From Methanobacteriaceae archaeon (GTDB lineage Archaea; Methanobacteriota; Methanobacteria; Methanobacteriales; Methanobacteriaceae), in contig PWMT01000144.1 of the NCBI GenBank assembly GCA_003558085.1, positions 1 to 47,985 of the forward strand: 47,985 nt of DNA, written 5' to 3'. A program made the position numbers and the translations under genes. A model generated the notes under the pieces. It saw nothing but the letters and a program-made list of their open reading frames with translations, searched no databases and had not been told where the DNA came from. This document shows positions 23,723 through 33,408 of this stretch, piece after piece (position 1 is the stretch's first letter; each line of letters opens with the position of its first letter).

Positions 23723-24685
23723 TTATATTCCAAAAGACTTTTTTAATAATTTAACATTGACATAGCCGGCTCTGAAGAGTTCACCAGTACCCAGATCATT
23801 TATAACTACTTCTGCTGGGGCGAACATGCCCTTATCAATTTTGTAGAAATCATATTCTGCTTCTTTGAAAACATCGTAGAATGGTTTTCCATACCCCTCT
23901 GAACTAGATGAAGGTAAATTTTCGGCTAATTCTTTTAAATCATCACCTTCTTCAGATTGAATATAGTAATATGTTCTCCCTCCAAATAAAACAGCATCAT
24001 TAGTTTTACCCATAGCTTTAAGACCATCTGGATCCACTGGAGCTATAGGAGCTATACCTGCTGCATATTTAACTTTGGTTACGTCAAAATGTAATGCTTC
24101 TAACATCTTATAGGTACCATTTTCCACTACTCTACCTGCAATTTGAATGGAACCCACTAGGGATGAAGTAGGAGCTACCAGCACATAAACATTTTCTGCG
24201 GCTACTCCACAATCTTCGGCAATCTGGTCGGTGACTTCACTTCCTGGTAGATTATCTGCTTCTAAAGTTAGAATAGCTAAATCTGCATCATCTTTATAAT
24301 TGATTTCTTCATAAGTTTCAGCTGGTTTTAAGGCCAAAGCCCGGGCCGGTCCAGAACCCAAAGCAAAGAAATCGCCTACACTTACAGACCATCCCGCTTT
24401 TTGAGCACCCAGTGTGGATATAGCTGGAAAATCTGTCTTAATTTTTACTGAAGGTAAGGCAAAACTATCTGAAAGGTCTCCGGGAATGGAGATTCCCACT
24501 TCAGCCATACCGCCCAAACATACCTTAGTATATAATTCACCTGCTTTTAAACTACCATCTACATTTACTCCACAGTCTATTAAGGTAGAACCATTATCCA
24601 GTTTTTCCACCTTAATATTCAGTTCATCAGCTTTTGCTATCATTACATCTACGGTCTTTTTTGCTTCAAAATTAACACTCTTCAT
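23723..24685 (-). CDS. mch: Methenyltetrahydromethanopterin cyclohydrolase
   Basis: SVN start, DCGV, CLGG, AQKAGW, GSGPARAL, APTSSLVGSIQIAGRVVE, TNDA, FAPAE. Confidence 0.97.
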   Translation of the reverse strand: MKSVNFEAKKTVDVMIAKADELNIKVEKLDNGSTLIDCGVNVDGSLKAGELYTKVCLGGMAEVGISIPGDLSDSFALPSVKIKTDFPAISTLGAQKAGWSVSVGDFFALGSGPARALALKPAETYEEINYKDDADLAILTLEADNLPGSEVTDQIAEDCGVAAENVYVLVAPTSSLVGSIQIAGRVVENGTYKMLEALHFDVTKVKYAAGIAPIAPVDPDGLKAMGKTNDAVLFGGRTYYYIQSEEGDDLKELAENLPSSSSEGYGKPFYDVFKEAEYDFYKIDKGMFAPAEVVINDLGTGELFRAGYVNVKLLKKSFGI

Positions 24686-24694
24686 ATATTCACC

Positions 24695-25375
24695 TCAAAG
24701 TTTATTGGATTCATCGAAGTTAACCTCATAGATATGAGCACTAATGGAATGAATTGTTATAGAACCTAGTGATGTTCCTACTTCCCGAGCAACATACTGG
24801 GCTAGGTAAGTTAAACCTACCACATTAGGAAACCAGGCCCCATATATATCATGAGAACGCCACAGGGCTGTGGTAAATAATTTATTAGCTCTAATTTTAA
24901 AATCAACCAATATCATGCAGGGGACTTCCTCATTTTCTGTATCTAACAACGGGTCCCAGGTTATAGAAATCGCTCTTCTTGATTCCCTACAATTTTTAAG
25001 TCTGTTAATAGCTTCTTGAATCTGGTCAATTCCTTTAAAATGGGCTCTTAATCGGTTACCATAAGTATAGATGAATCCCTGCTGGTCACTGCTGGTGAAT
25101 TGTTGGGAATATTTTTCCAATTTTTCACCACTCCAAAAGTAACCTTCAGGTACTTTAATATTTTTTATTCCTGCTAATTTATCCTCTAAATTTTTCAAAT
25201 AAAAATTAGAGGAACTAGTCTTTCCTAATGGTTTTTCTATGGTAACCATCACATTTAATAGTTCCCTCGTAAGAGATCCTCTTTCATCCTTTATTTCAGC
25301 CCCTTCTTCCATAATTTTTTTAATCAGGCTTTTCCATCCGTCTGCGATTTCATTAGCATGAATTAAATAAGCCAT
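24695..25375 (-). CDS. thyA: Thymidylate synthase (archaeal ThyA type)
   Basis: YTYGNRL, SRRA, VPC catalytic Cys, RSHD, SISAHIYE. Confidence 0.92.
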   Translation of the reverse strand: MAYLIHANEIADGWKSLIKKIMEEGAEIKDERGSLTRELLNVMVTIEKPLGKTSSSNFYLKNLEDKLAGIKNIKVPEGYFWSGEKLEKYSQQFTSSDQQGFIYTYGNRLRAHFKGIDQIQEAINRLKNCRESRRAISITWDPLLDTENEEVPCMILVDFKIRANKLFTTALWRSHDIYGAWFPNVVGLTYLAQYVAREVGTSLGSITIHSISAHIYEVNFDESNKL

Positions 25376-26322
25376 TTAGATGCCTCCACCATATTTTTTA
25401 GTTTAGAAAAGGCTGCCTGGTGTGATAGCATCCTCATTCCACAGTCTGGATCGATAAGCATGTTTTCCTCTCCAATAATATCCCGGCCTTTTTGAATAAG
25501 ATTCCTAATATCTTCAATATCTTCTATTGCTTCTTTTTTGGTATCAACACAACCAAAACCGATTTTTTTACCCTTAAAGTCACTTATACTTTCTAAAACT
25601 TGTATATTTTCTTTAATACCTGCAAATTCACAATCTATTATATCCACCTTGAATTTTAATATAGAATCTATAATATGTTCCAGATTACCACATACATGTA
25701 GAGCTACTGGAATGTTTAAATCTTTGGAAATTATTTCCACTGCTTTTTGGGAGGTGGGAATATCTACCACTCCTGTAGAAAGAAATGGTTCATCAATCTG
25801 TATAATAGAGGCACCAGCCTTTTCCAATTCTAAGGCCTCCTTTTTGAGTGCTTGCGCCATATCCATTATGGCATCTTCTTTTTGATTTCTAGAATAAAAT
25901 CCTTCTATCCGGGAGGAGTAAACCATGGTAGTAGGACCAGTGACAATGCCTTTAATATTTTTTTTAACTATCTCCTCTTCTGACAACTTCAATTGCTGGA
26001 CCGTCTTGTTTAGAATTTTCTGAGCCCATTTTAGATCTTCTGTCCCTATAGAATAAAAGGGAATATTAATCTTATTTATTATTTTGGCAACATGTTTATC
26101 CACTATCATTCCCGGGATATGCTCAGCAAATATTTTTATCATATCCCCCCGCACTTGACCATCTGAAATTATATCAATACCAGCACTTATTTGATCTGAA
26201 ACTGCCTGCTCTATAGCTTTCTTATAGGGATCATATCTACCCCACAGGGCCCCTATTTTTTCAGCTAAGGAAGATGGCTCTTTTAAAAGTACGGGATAAC
26301 TTCCCACCACTGTAGTTAACAT
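25363..26322 (-). CDS. mesA: Core methionine synthase (methylcobalamin:homocysteine methyltransferase; MetE C-terminal-domain homolog)
   Basis: TTVVGSYP, ISDGQ.R, TGPTT, IQIDEP; Zn ligands HVC...E...PDCG; single-barrel length. Confidence 0.88.
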   Translation of the reverse strand: MLTTVVGSYPVLLKEPSSLAEKIGALWGRYDPYKKAIEQAVSDQISAGIDIISDGQVRGDMIKIFAEHIPGMIVDKHVAKIINKINIPFYSIGTEDLKWAQKILNKTVQQLKLSEEEIVKKNIKGIVTGPTTMVYSSRIEGFYSRNQKEDAIMDMAQALKKEALELEKAGASIIQIDEPFLSTGVVDIPTSQKAVEIISKDLNIPVALHVCGNLEHIIDSILKFKVDIIDCEFAGIKENIQVLESISDFKGKKIGFGCVDTKKEAIEDIEDIRNLIQKGRDIIGEENMLIDPDCGMRMLSHQAAFSKLKNMVEASKWLI

Positions 26323-26602
26323 ATTATTATTTTCCTATAAAATCCAAAATATTAATTATGAACCAATTTAAAAGATCTTCTGAAATTTTTCTTTAGCTTA
26401 TTATTTTGATTATACTTAACTGTATAAAAATTTAATTTAAAAAAATGGAAAAGATCTGCCCGCACATCCTTTTATCAGAATTTAAAGTTAAGCTGATAAA
26501 AATATATGAATTTAGAAGGAGGGTATTGATTTAGTCTATAAATTTTTGTGTAAATGGTTTTATTAAATTTCTCTAAAAAAATTATATTAATTAACTGATT
26601 TT

Positions 26603-26629
26603 AAATAGATTTAACACTTAAATCTATTT
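26603..26629. terminator. Perfect 12-bp inverted repeat just downstream of the DUF1894 gene
   Basis: AAATAGATTTAA-CAC-TTAAATCTATTT, 15 nt past the stop codon on the - strand. Confidence 0.4.
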
Positions 26630-26644
26630 TGTAGTGTAAAACTT

Positions 26645-26950
26645 TTATTTACGAGCAGCGGCCTTTATTTTTTCCATCTCCTCAGGTTCTACTGGAATTT
26701 CAACTGCTGCTGTACCATAACAAGGCTTGGTATAAGGCAAAATTATTGTTCCTTTTTTTTCATTTAAGCCAATAGGTATGGGGGGGATTCCTATAATACG
26801 GGCACCGAGGATTTTTTCACCAGGATTGACATACACTATTTCTCTTGAATTTTCCTCTATTAGTTGAGCACATTGCTTAAATCCAGCCCGGGAGATTAGA
26901 ATATTATAATCATCTGATTTTTGCAGATAGGTTTCCAGACAAAAGGACAT
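26645..26950 (-). CDS. DUF1894 family methanogen protein
   Basis: MSFCLE, GARIIGIPPIPIG, PYTKPCYGT; 1-bp overlap with the DUF1890 gene. Confidence 0.85.
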   Translation of the reverse strand: MSFCLETYLQKSDDYNILISRAGFKQCAQLIEENSREIVYVNPGEKILGARIIGIPPIPIGLNEKKGTIILPYTKPCYGTAAVEIPVEPEEMEKIKAAARK

Positions 26951-27411
26951 TAAATCACCAATTCATTTATAGCTTGATCTAATCTAACTTTCAAAGGTGT
27001 AGGGTTATGATAGGCGCGAGCTGATACTATTCGGGCCTTGGTAGTTTCAGTCACTTCTTTTTCTAATTCTTGTAACAATACAGGGTCTCTTGCAAATACT
27101 ACTGATATGGCTGGAACCTGGAGTATATGATAAAAGGTTATAAAATAAGAAACTGCAGCATCGTTATGGGCAAAACCTAAAAGTATATCATAAGTTTCTT
27201 CCTCTAAAGTATCCAGACAGGATTCAATATCTGTTTTATGTTTAAGATACTGTTTATTTGGATCAGAAATTTCCAACATTTTAAGAGCAGAAGGAGTCCC
27301 TGCAACTGTGACCTGTAAACCCTTAAGTTCCAGTTGATAAGCTGCATAAATAGCTAAGGGAGTTTGGGAAGGTGATTCCGGACACCCTAATAATATTAAA
27401 GCTTTTTTCAT
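26950..27411 (-). CDS. DUF1890 family methanogen protein
   Basis: MKKALILLGCPESPSQTP, HNDAA, AYHNP.PL. Confidence 0.85.
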   Translation of the reverse strand: MKKALILLGCPESPSQTPLAIYAAYQLELKGLQVTVAGTPSALKMLEISDPNKQYLKHKTDIESCLDTLEEETYDILLGFAHNDAAVSYFITFYHILQVPAISVVFARDPVLLQELEKEVTETTKARIVSARAYHNPTPLKVRLDQAINELVI

Positions 27412-27519
27412 TAATATAATCCCCTTTATTCTTTTTATTAATATTATAGCTTAACTTAATTAAATCTTTTAATACAAATACCTAAAAGTAAAAATCCTTT
27501 AGGTTGAAAATTTAATCAG

Positions 27520-28596
27520 TCAATCTCTTTTTAATAGTACTAAATGGGATGCGATCAAAGCGGAAAGGAAAATAAAGGTTAGCAAAGCAGTCCCATTAAT
27601 AGTACGGTTTATGAAGAAGAGACCTATAAGACCCTGAGCTATGAAGGCTGTGAGAGATCCTATTAGTAATGCTTCTCGGCCTAAATATTTTCTATAACCA
27701 TTTTCTCTCCTATCCCGGTATAAGCTAAGCATTTTTAATCCTAAGAAAATTATGCCTACAAACCAAATTAAAAGCAGGAACATAGTAAGATAACCGAAAT
27801 CATAGGACCATCCAAATATACCAGGCAGCATGTAATCTATGCTATCCTTCACATTTACCAGTATTCCGTAAAAAACCGGGAAAGGTAAACCAAATAATAA
27901 TAATAATGAAATAGGTAGAGAAATGTATCCCTCGGCAAATCCAGTGGCATTGGGCCAGTAAGAGGATGCTGGATCATGTCCAATTAATTCAGTATTTCTT
28001 AATACCATATTTATGCTAGGTAGGGAATAATTTTCCAGACGAGCTATCCTTAATAAGGGACTAAAAACAGGCATGTTAAGAATTTCTGATAACAATTCCA
28101 TCGCTCCAAAACCAGCCAATCCTAAAGCAGCAATTATGATTATTCTTTTAACTGTAAAAATCGATTGCTGTCGGAAAGATTTGGATATGATAAAAAATCC
28201 GATTAATATGCCTAGGAACCATAAAAGGAGGAACGAACGATGCATCAATCCTCCGAAAATAGTTATAGCTAAAATTATAAGGTAAATAAACCATTTTAAT
28301 TTACCCACCTCTATACCCGATTCTTTCATCATAGGCAGTGCCGCAAGAGCAGTTACAACAGCTAGAAGAGCGATTGGGCCGAAAGGATGGGTAAATTCAT
28401 TCTGTCCAAATGCAAGGAACAGATACAGGACATCTATACCAAATAATACCGCAAATCCTATACCTAAGGTTAGAGCTAGTAACAGAACACCGCTCAAAGT
28501 GATAGGAGCTAAATTGAGGATGAATATTATTCCTATATATAAAAATAATCCTATTTCCAGGATGAATTGTAGATGATTTTGAGCTATTAAGGCCAA
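27520..28596 (-). CDS. Polytopic membrane protein of unknown function (possibly O-antigen-ligase-like)
   Basis: GGAGG RBS, TTG start; about 10 TM segments with an extracellular loop; HRS and DFG motifs. Confidence 0.75.
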   Translation of the reverse strand: MALIAQNHLQFILEIGLFLYIGIIFILNLAPITLSGVLLLALTLGIGFAVLFGIDVLYLFLAFGQNEFTHPFGPIALLAVVTALAALPMMKESGIEVGKLKWFIYLIILAITIFGGLMHRSFLLLWFLGILIGFFIISKSFRQQSIFTVKRIIIIAALGLAGFGAMELLSEILNMPVFSPLLRIARLENYSLPSINMVLRNTELIGHDPASSYWPNATGFAEGYISLPISLLLLFGLPFPVFYGILVNVKDSIDYMLPGIFGWSYDFGYLTMFLLLIWFVGIIFLGLKMLSLYRDRRENGYRKYLGREALLIGSLTAFIAQGLIGLFFINRTINGTALLTFIFLSALIASHLVLLKRD

Positions 28597-28826
28597 TTTA
28601 TTCCTCCTACAAAAATAATATAATAAATTTCATGATAAAACTATGCGCCATTGAATTAACTTTTACGTCTTTAACAGTTTTATACCAATTTTTTAAATTA
28701 TAAGTTTTAATAATATAAATTACTATCCATTAAATTACTATCCTTAAGAGGATAGTTTTCCTGTAAAATAGAAAACATTTTAAGGATTATAGATGATTAA
28801 AAAATTTTACAAAAAATTTAAGGAAC

Positions 28827-29330
28827 TTAGCTAGCCAGAGTTTTCTGGAAAACTATCATATGTTCCCCTTTACCATTATAGTCTTTTACTACTTCTTCAC
28901 CATTGATTTCAACTGTTTTATAACCAGGATTCTTATTAAATCCTAGTTTGATATAAAAATTTATAGCTTTTTTATTTACTGGTTTGGTAATTAAAGTCAC
29001 TCTTTTACATCCCCTTTCCCTTACCACCTTAAAAAACTTTTTGATTAAAGTAGGTGCAATGCCTTTTTCCCGCCAATAGGGATCCACACATAATAGATGT
29101 AGATAGGCTTCTTCTGGATTAGTTTGAGATATTAAACCTAATAAGAATCCAATTAAATCCTTAGATCCATTATTTTCTTTTTCAGCCATTAATACGGTAT
29201 CTTGAAAAAATTTAGTGAATATATGATAAATGGAATTTCTCTCTGTAGCCATAGGACTGCATTTTTCAGCTAATTGGCTAATCATTGTAAAGTCATCCTC
29301 AACCGCATTTCTATAAAGTATTTTTTCCAT
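28827..29330 (-). CDS. GNAT family N-acetyltransferase
   Basis: Motif A VDPYWREKGIA; motif B NKKAINFYIKLGF; AGGTGA RBS. Confidence 0.9.
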   Translation of the reverse strand: MEKILYRNAVEDDFTMISQLAEKCSPMATERNSIYHIFTKFFQDTVLMAEKENNGSKDLIGFLLGLISQTNPEEAYLHLLCVDPYWREKGIAPTLIKKFFKVVRERGCKRVTLITKPVNKKAINFYIKLGFNKNPGYKTVEINGEEVVKDYNGKGEHMIVFQKTLAS

Positions 29331-29477
29331 TTAATCACCTAAAAAATATATTTGGGTAAAATAACTAAGATTGGTGTGGGGAAACTATTATCTTCACCTA
29401 GTCATTAGTCTTTTGCAGCATTATAAAAGGATTAAATATAAATAGGAAGAAACTAAAGTGATTATTTAACTGTACTT

Positions 29478-29551
<74 letters not shown>

Positions 29552-29718
29552 CATTGATTTCATTTTTTGTCAATTTTTAGAGATTAAAAGACTATATTTT
29601 TTTATTATTGTAATTGATTATAATAAAAATATTAAAAAAATTTATTTTTAATTGAATAGCTGAAATTTAAGGATTAAATTTATGTTTAGAATAACTTATA
29701 TGTATTTTAGGATTTTAG

Positions 29719-30753
29719 CTAGGGTCTTCTCTCTCCTGCAGCCTCATATATGTTTTCAATGATAAGCTCAAAAAGATCCTCAGTGACTAATTTTTGATCC
29801 TTTTTATTTTGTACTAATAATCTTAAAGCAGTGTTTACAATATCATCCACATCCAGTGAACGGTACATTAATCCCCTATCAATATAAAATTTGTCTACCG
29901 CTAAAAGATCTCCAGGATAACAAGATATTACAGGAGTACCCGATAAAGCAGCTTCCCGGTTCATAGTACCCCCAGCACCAATCATTAAATCACAATTTTT
30001 CATTAGACTGGAGGTGTCTACAGGAGGCTGAATAATGGTAACGTTTTCGAAATCCTGAAAAATTTCTGCTTGTTCTTTAAACCGTGGTAGAATTAAAATA
30101 TTAGCATAATCTTTTAAAATATCTACTATGGGTGCTAATACAGATTGTCGGCAATCAGCATCTAAATAAGATGCTAATGATGGCTCTGGTCTCATTAAAA
30201 TAGTTTTTGATTTTTTAAGATTCAATCCCATATCTTGGAAGATATGATCATTGTACTGGAAATTCTTAAAGTGTAGGATTTCTGAAGTTCCTTGATAGCG
30301 TTGAATTTTATTGGGATCAGCCCCTAACTTTATAATATCCCATACATCAATTATGTGAGGCATGATTATCCTATCACATAGAGATAGAGTTAACTTATTA
30401 GCTGCCAAGGCATGTTCATTATCTAACATGTACACGCTAGGGATCCCCAAACCAAAAGCCACTCTAGGTAATTCAATGGAGTGTTTAGCAACTGCTACAT
30501 CTGGTTTTTCCTTAATAATCAGTTTAGATAATTCATAAGATCTTTCAACGTTTTCTGTTAATTTTTGGGGTAATGTTATGCCGTGTTTACCTAGGGAAAC
30601 GAATTCAAAACCAAATAGATCCAGCAACCGATGTGTATCACCAAATTTTCGGGTGGTTATTATTAATTCTTCACCTTGCTCCTGTAAGTATTCAATAATA
30701 GTTTTAAAAAATCTTACATGAGGAGCATTAGATAGATCTATCCATATCTTCAT
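29719..30753 (-). CDS. DUF354 family protein (GT-B glycosyltransferase-like)
   Basis: KIWIDLSNAPHVRFF, GKHG, DNEHA, GAGGTMNREAALSGTP. Confidence 0.9.
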   Translation of the reverse strand: MKIWIDLSNAPHVRFFKTIIEYLQEQGEELIITTRKFGDTHRLLDLFGFEFVSLGKHGITLPQKLTENVERSYELSKLIIKEKPDVAVAKHSIELPRVAFGLGIPSVYMLDNEHALAANKLTLSLCDRIIMPHIIDVWDIIKLGADPNKIQRYQGTSEILHFKNFQYNDHIFQDMGLNLKKSKTILMRPEPSLASYLDADCRQSVLAPIVDILKDYANILILPRFKEQAEIFQDFENVTIIQPPVDTSSLMKNCDLMIGAGGTMNREAALSGTPVISCYPGDLLAVDKFYIDRGLMYRSLDVDDIVNTALRLLVQNKKDQKLVTEDLFELIIENIYEAAGERRP

Positions 30754-30875
30754 TATCTCACCAATTAAATAGTAATAGATAGTTTTTCTAAATTATATGA
30801 TACTGCATTCTAAGTTTATAATAATCTAATGGATTGAAATTTTTTAAATAAAGGAAGAAATATCTAGGTTTGGGA

Positions 30876-31529
30876 TCATTGCCTCATAAATTCTTCTAAA
30901 CTTTTAATAATCTCAGATACTCCCTTATTTTCCTTAAGGCTTGTTTTAATTACATTAACATCAGGATTTAATTTTTTAACATCCTGGACCATTTTGTTCT
31001 CATCAGCACCTACTGCCTGGGCAATGTCCACTTTGTTAATGATCACTAAATCAGCATCTTTAAAGATTAGAGGATGTTTTTCCACAGTATCGTCACCTTC
31101 ACTGACACTAATGACCACCATTCTAAGATGAGATCCCAAATCAAAGTCCACAGGGCAAATTAAGTTACCTACATTTTCAATAAATAAAACCTCTATCTCA
31201 TCTAAAGGCAGATCTTGCAGGGCATGTTCTACTAAATGAGAATCTAGATGACATTCCTTTCCCGTATTAAGTCCTATAACCGGCACATCATATTTTTCAA
31301 ATCTTCCTGCATCGAACTTACTTATCACATCCCCTGCAATTACAGCTACAGGGTGATTCATTTCCTGAATTAATTTTTCTATAAGGGAAGTCTTACCTGA
31401 ACCAATTGCTCCTAAGACATCCACTGCAAAAACATTAGCTTTATCTAAAATTTTCTGGTTTCTTTTGGCTAATTTCCGATTAGCTATTAAAATATCGTGC
31501 TGTATTTCTATATCAGCTATTTTATGCAT
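30876..31529 (-). CDS. hypB: Hydrogenase nickel incorporation GTPase HypB
   Basis: GAIGSGKT, CHLD, ENVGNLICP, EGDD...KHP, NKVD. Start may be 31529 or 31535; overlaps the hypA stop. Confidence 0.95.
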   Translation of the reverse strand: MHKIADIEIQHDILIANRKLAKRNQKILDKANVFAVDVLGAIGSGKTSLIEKLIQEMNHPVAVIAGDVISKFDAGRFEKYDVPVIGLNTGKECHLDSHLVEHALQDLPLDEIEVLFIENVGNLICPVDFDLGSHLRMVVISVSEGDDTVEKHPLIFKDADLVIINKVDIAQAVGADENKMVQDVKKLNPDVNVIKTSLKENKGVSEIIKSLEEFMRQ

Positions 31530-31902
31530 CTTCATCACTCTTCTCGATTTTGATGTTTTTCACGTTACATTCTCGTCCAGCAGTTATATTCATATTCTTC
31601 TCTTCACAATTAGGACAATTAATTACTGGTATGTAATGATCTAATTCTTCAGAATCTGCTTCACCTTTGAATCCACATGATAAACATTCTATTTCAATAG
31701 GGATCAATTCCATATTAAATTCTGCTCCATTTAAAATGGTATCTTCACTTAATACTTCCAGCATAAATTTTAACTGTTCTGGATTGAGCATAGTCATTTG
31801 ACCAATTTCTATGGTCACTTCTAATATTTCGATGGCATCGTTTTTCTCAGCTGCTTCTATCACAGTCTTAACTATAGCATCGGCCATGGATAATTCGTGC
31901 AT
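31522..31902 (-). CDS. hypA: Hydrogenase maturation nickel metallochaperone HypA
   Basis: MHELS N-terminus, CxxC...CPxC Zn site, GRE. Confidence 0.95.
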   Translation of the reverse strand: MHELSMADAIVKTVIEAAEKNDAIEILEVTIEIGQMTMLNPEQLKFMLEVLSEDTILNGAEFNMELIPIEIECLSCGFKGEADSEELDHYIPVINCPNCEEKNMNITAGRECNVKNIKIEKSDEDA

Positions 31903-32261
31903 TAATCCACCTCTAAATTAAACATCATTGATTGGGGGAGAAGTTAAAGGAAAAGTTTAAAAAACTAGGGGGAAGATATAAATCCTATTTTTTTCTGGAA
32001 AAATCTCCACTTATTAATCAATAAATTACAATTTTTTTAGATAATATCGTATCTTCCTTTAATGGTATATAAAGTTAATAAATTCACTAACCCCCGCATG
32101 ATTATAATAAATCTTCATAATACCTAGAATTATCAACCAGTAATTAACAAATTTATTATCAGTAAATAAGCTCTACTCTCTATTAGGATATTATTTTATT
32201 ATTTTAAACTTTTAATCTAAAAAATGGATTTTAATCCTTTTTTATTCTTTATCAGCTTTTA

Positions 32262-32678
32262 TTATTTTATAAAACCTATATTTAAGAAAAACTTTTTTAT
32301 ACTAATATAGATTTTTCTGATAAATACAATTACCCTGAAAAATCTTAATAGTCTAAGAGATGCTCTTAAAGCTCGAATAGCGGTTAATCCAGGAGCAAAG
32401 ACTAACAATTCATAAGGTAGGATAGCTATAAAATCAAAAATATGAAGAGGCTCTTTAAAAAAGGCTTTTTTATTGGTGGTTTTCTTTAACCTAAACCCGA
32501 AATCTATCATAAAAATAGACAGGATAAATATATTAATTAAAAATAAAATATATCTGGTTCGATCTGTTAAAATATCTGAAAACTCAACTAAGGTTATAGA
32601 AATTACAATTATAGCTAAAATCACCAGTAACACATTATAAAAAGCTTTATTTTTTATTCTCAATTTAATTAAAAACAC
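32262..32678 (-). CDS. Ion-transport protein, voltage-sensor S1-S4 only, no pore domain (stand-alone or truncated)
   Basis: S2 IFMIDF..R, S3 IFDFIAILP, S4 IRALRASLRLLRFFR; stops before S5. Likely start is TTG 32663 behind GAGGTG. Confidence 0.75.
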   Translation of the reverse strand: MFLIKLRIKNKAFYNVLLVILAIIVISITLVEFSDILTDRTRYILFLINIFILSIFMIDFGFRLKKTTNKKAFFKEPLHIFDFIAILPYELLVFAPGLTAIRALRASLRLLRFFRVIVFIRKIYISIKKFFLNIGFIK

Positions 32679-33408
32679 CTCTAGCTAACCTAAAATGATG
32701 CTTTTTAAATTCATATATTATTTTTTACTTGTAGATCAAATTAATTAGTATTGCCCTTACCGATGTATAGATTATTCACCTTAACTTCTCCCTATACCTG
32801 TTTTGATTATATTTAATATAGATATATTGAACCGTACTGTTTTATTGATTTTACATTGATGTGACCTCTAGGAGATCCCACATTATAAAGTGTTCATTAT
32901 TGAGGGAATTAGAATTAAAACAGAGCCTTAATATTAATTGTATTGAATCTATTAACTTATACATCATAATTATCCTGAAAAATGCTATTTCACATGTATT
33001 GATCGTACTGGGCCACCAATAAAATGTGGGAAGCTTCTAATATTCCCCTCAAGAGTCTGTTGATTTATAAGAAATCTATATACCAACCAGGAGACCTTTA
33101 ATAAGGATTCAAAGTAAGAAGATCCGGATCATTTCTACAATTATAGGCTTAATATTAGACCAGATTTACAGGCCTTAAAATATCCTAGAATATAAAAATT
33201 AAGTTTAAACATATTATTTCATATAATAAAACCCGAATTAATATTATATTTATCTCCCTATAATCTACTTTTAAAGAAATTTATTAATAACATTAAAAAT
33301 TAAGTATGATATAGGAATAAGAGAAAAAATCTTAGATAAGAATTAATGTTGTTATCTAAAAGGTTTTCATATGAAAGAGGGATTATCAATCCCTTTAATG
33401 GTGATTAT

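Noticed and set aside
28827-29330. EctA (ectoine synthesis)
   Set aside because: Only generic GNAT motifs, and no ectB/ectC nearby.
30814-30840. Orphan CRISPR-repeat-like GTTTATAATAATCTAATGGATTGAAAT
   Set aside because: Single copy, AT-rich, and overlaps the likely promoter of the DUF354 gene; chance resemblance.
33346-33408. N-terminal extension of Prs
   Set aside because: A GGTGA RBS precedes ATG 33409, and MIIGG matches the expected family start.
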